NCBI RefSeq assembly: GCF_006345805.1
Contig: NW_021829051.1
Coordinates: 1 to 7,092 of the forward strand
Direction of reading: 5' to 3'
From: Octopus sinensis
Lineage: Eukaryota
DNA: 7,092 nt
The translations under genes and the position numbers were made by a program. How positions within the stretch are numbered: the stretch's first letter is position 1; each line of letters begins with the position of its first letter. This document shows, in pieces, positions 7,049 to 7,092 of the stretch. The notes beneath the pieces are model-generated. The model ran no database searches. It was not told the DNA's origin and saw nothing but the letters and a program-made list of their open reading frames with translations.

Positions 7049-7092
7049 ATAAGGATAATATCGATATTTAAATATCGATCTTATCAAGTGGC
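7049..7092. repeat. direct repeat of 6407-6450, running off the window edge (probable copy 2 of the unit)
   Basis: 43 of 44 nt are identical; 7055-7092 matches 6413-6450 exactly; offset 642 bp. Confidence 0.92.

Noticed and set aside
6413-7092. CRISPR-like palindromic direct repeat
   Set aside because: Only two copies 642 bp apart, in eukaryotic context, with no spacers or cas genes.

Overview
AT-rich, repeat-dense eukaryotic non-coding DNA (intron or intergenic). It is most likely from an octopus or other coleoid cephalopod, inferred from the tRNA-derived SINE types and the heavy (TA)n/(TG)n/(TACA)n load. There is no intact protein-coding gene; nearly all listed ORFs are microsatellite or SINE artefacts. 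Recognisable parts are several copies of two tRNA-derived SINE families plus a third SINE head, a frameshifted Tc1-type transposase fragment (~687-985), a probable hAT-type MITE end, and a possible solo-LTR-like segment (~2327-2730). The most notable signal is type I hammerhead ribozyme motifs in non-microsatellite islands between (TA)n arrays. Two have a complete catalytic core (3127-3218 on +, 6634-6702 on -) and one is a 3' half only (6330-6341 on -). All three have the minimal self-complementary stem III known from Penelope-like elements and retrozymes. The two complete motifs also carry unusually long, branched stem II inserts. The minus-strand ribozyme lies in a structured unit that appears to restart 642 bp downstream at the window edge.
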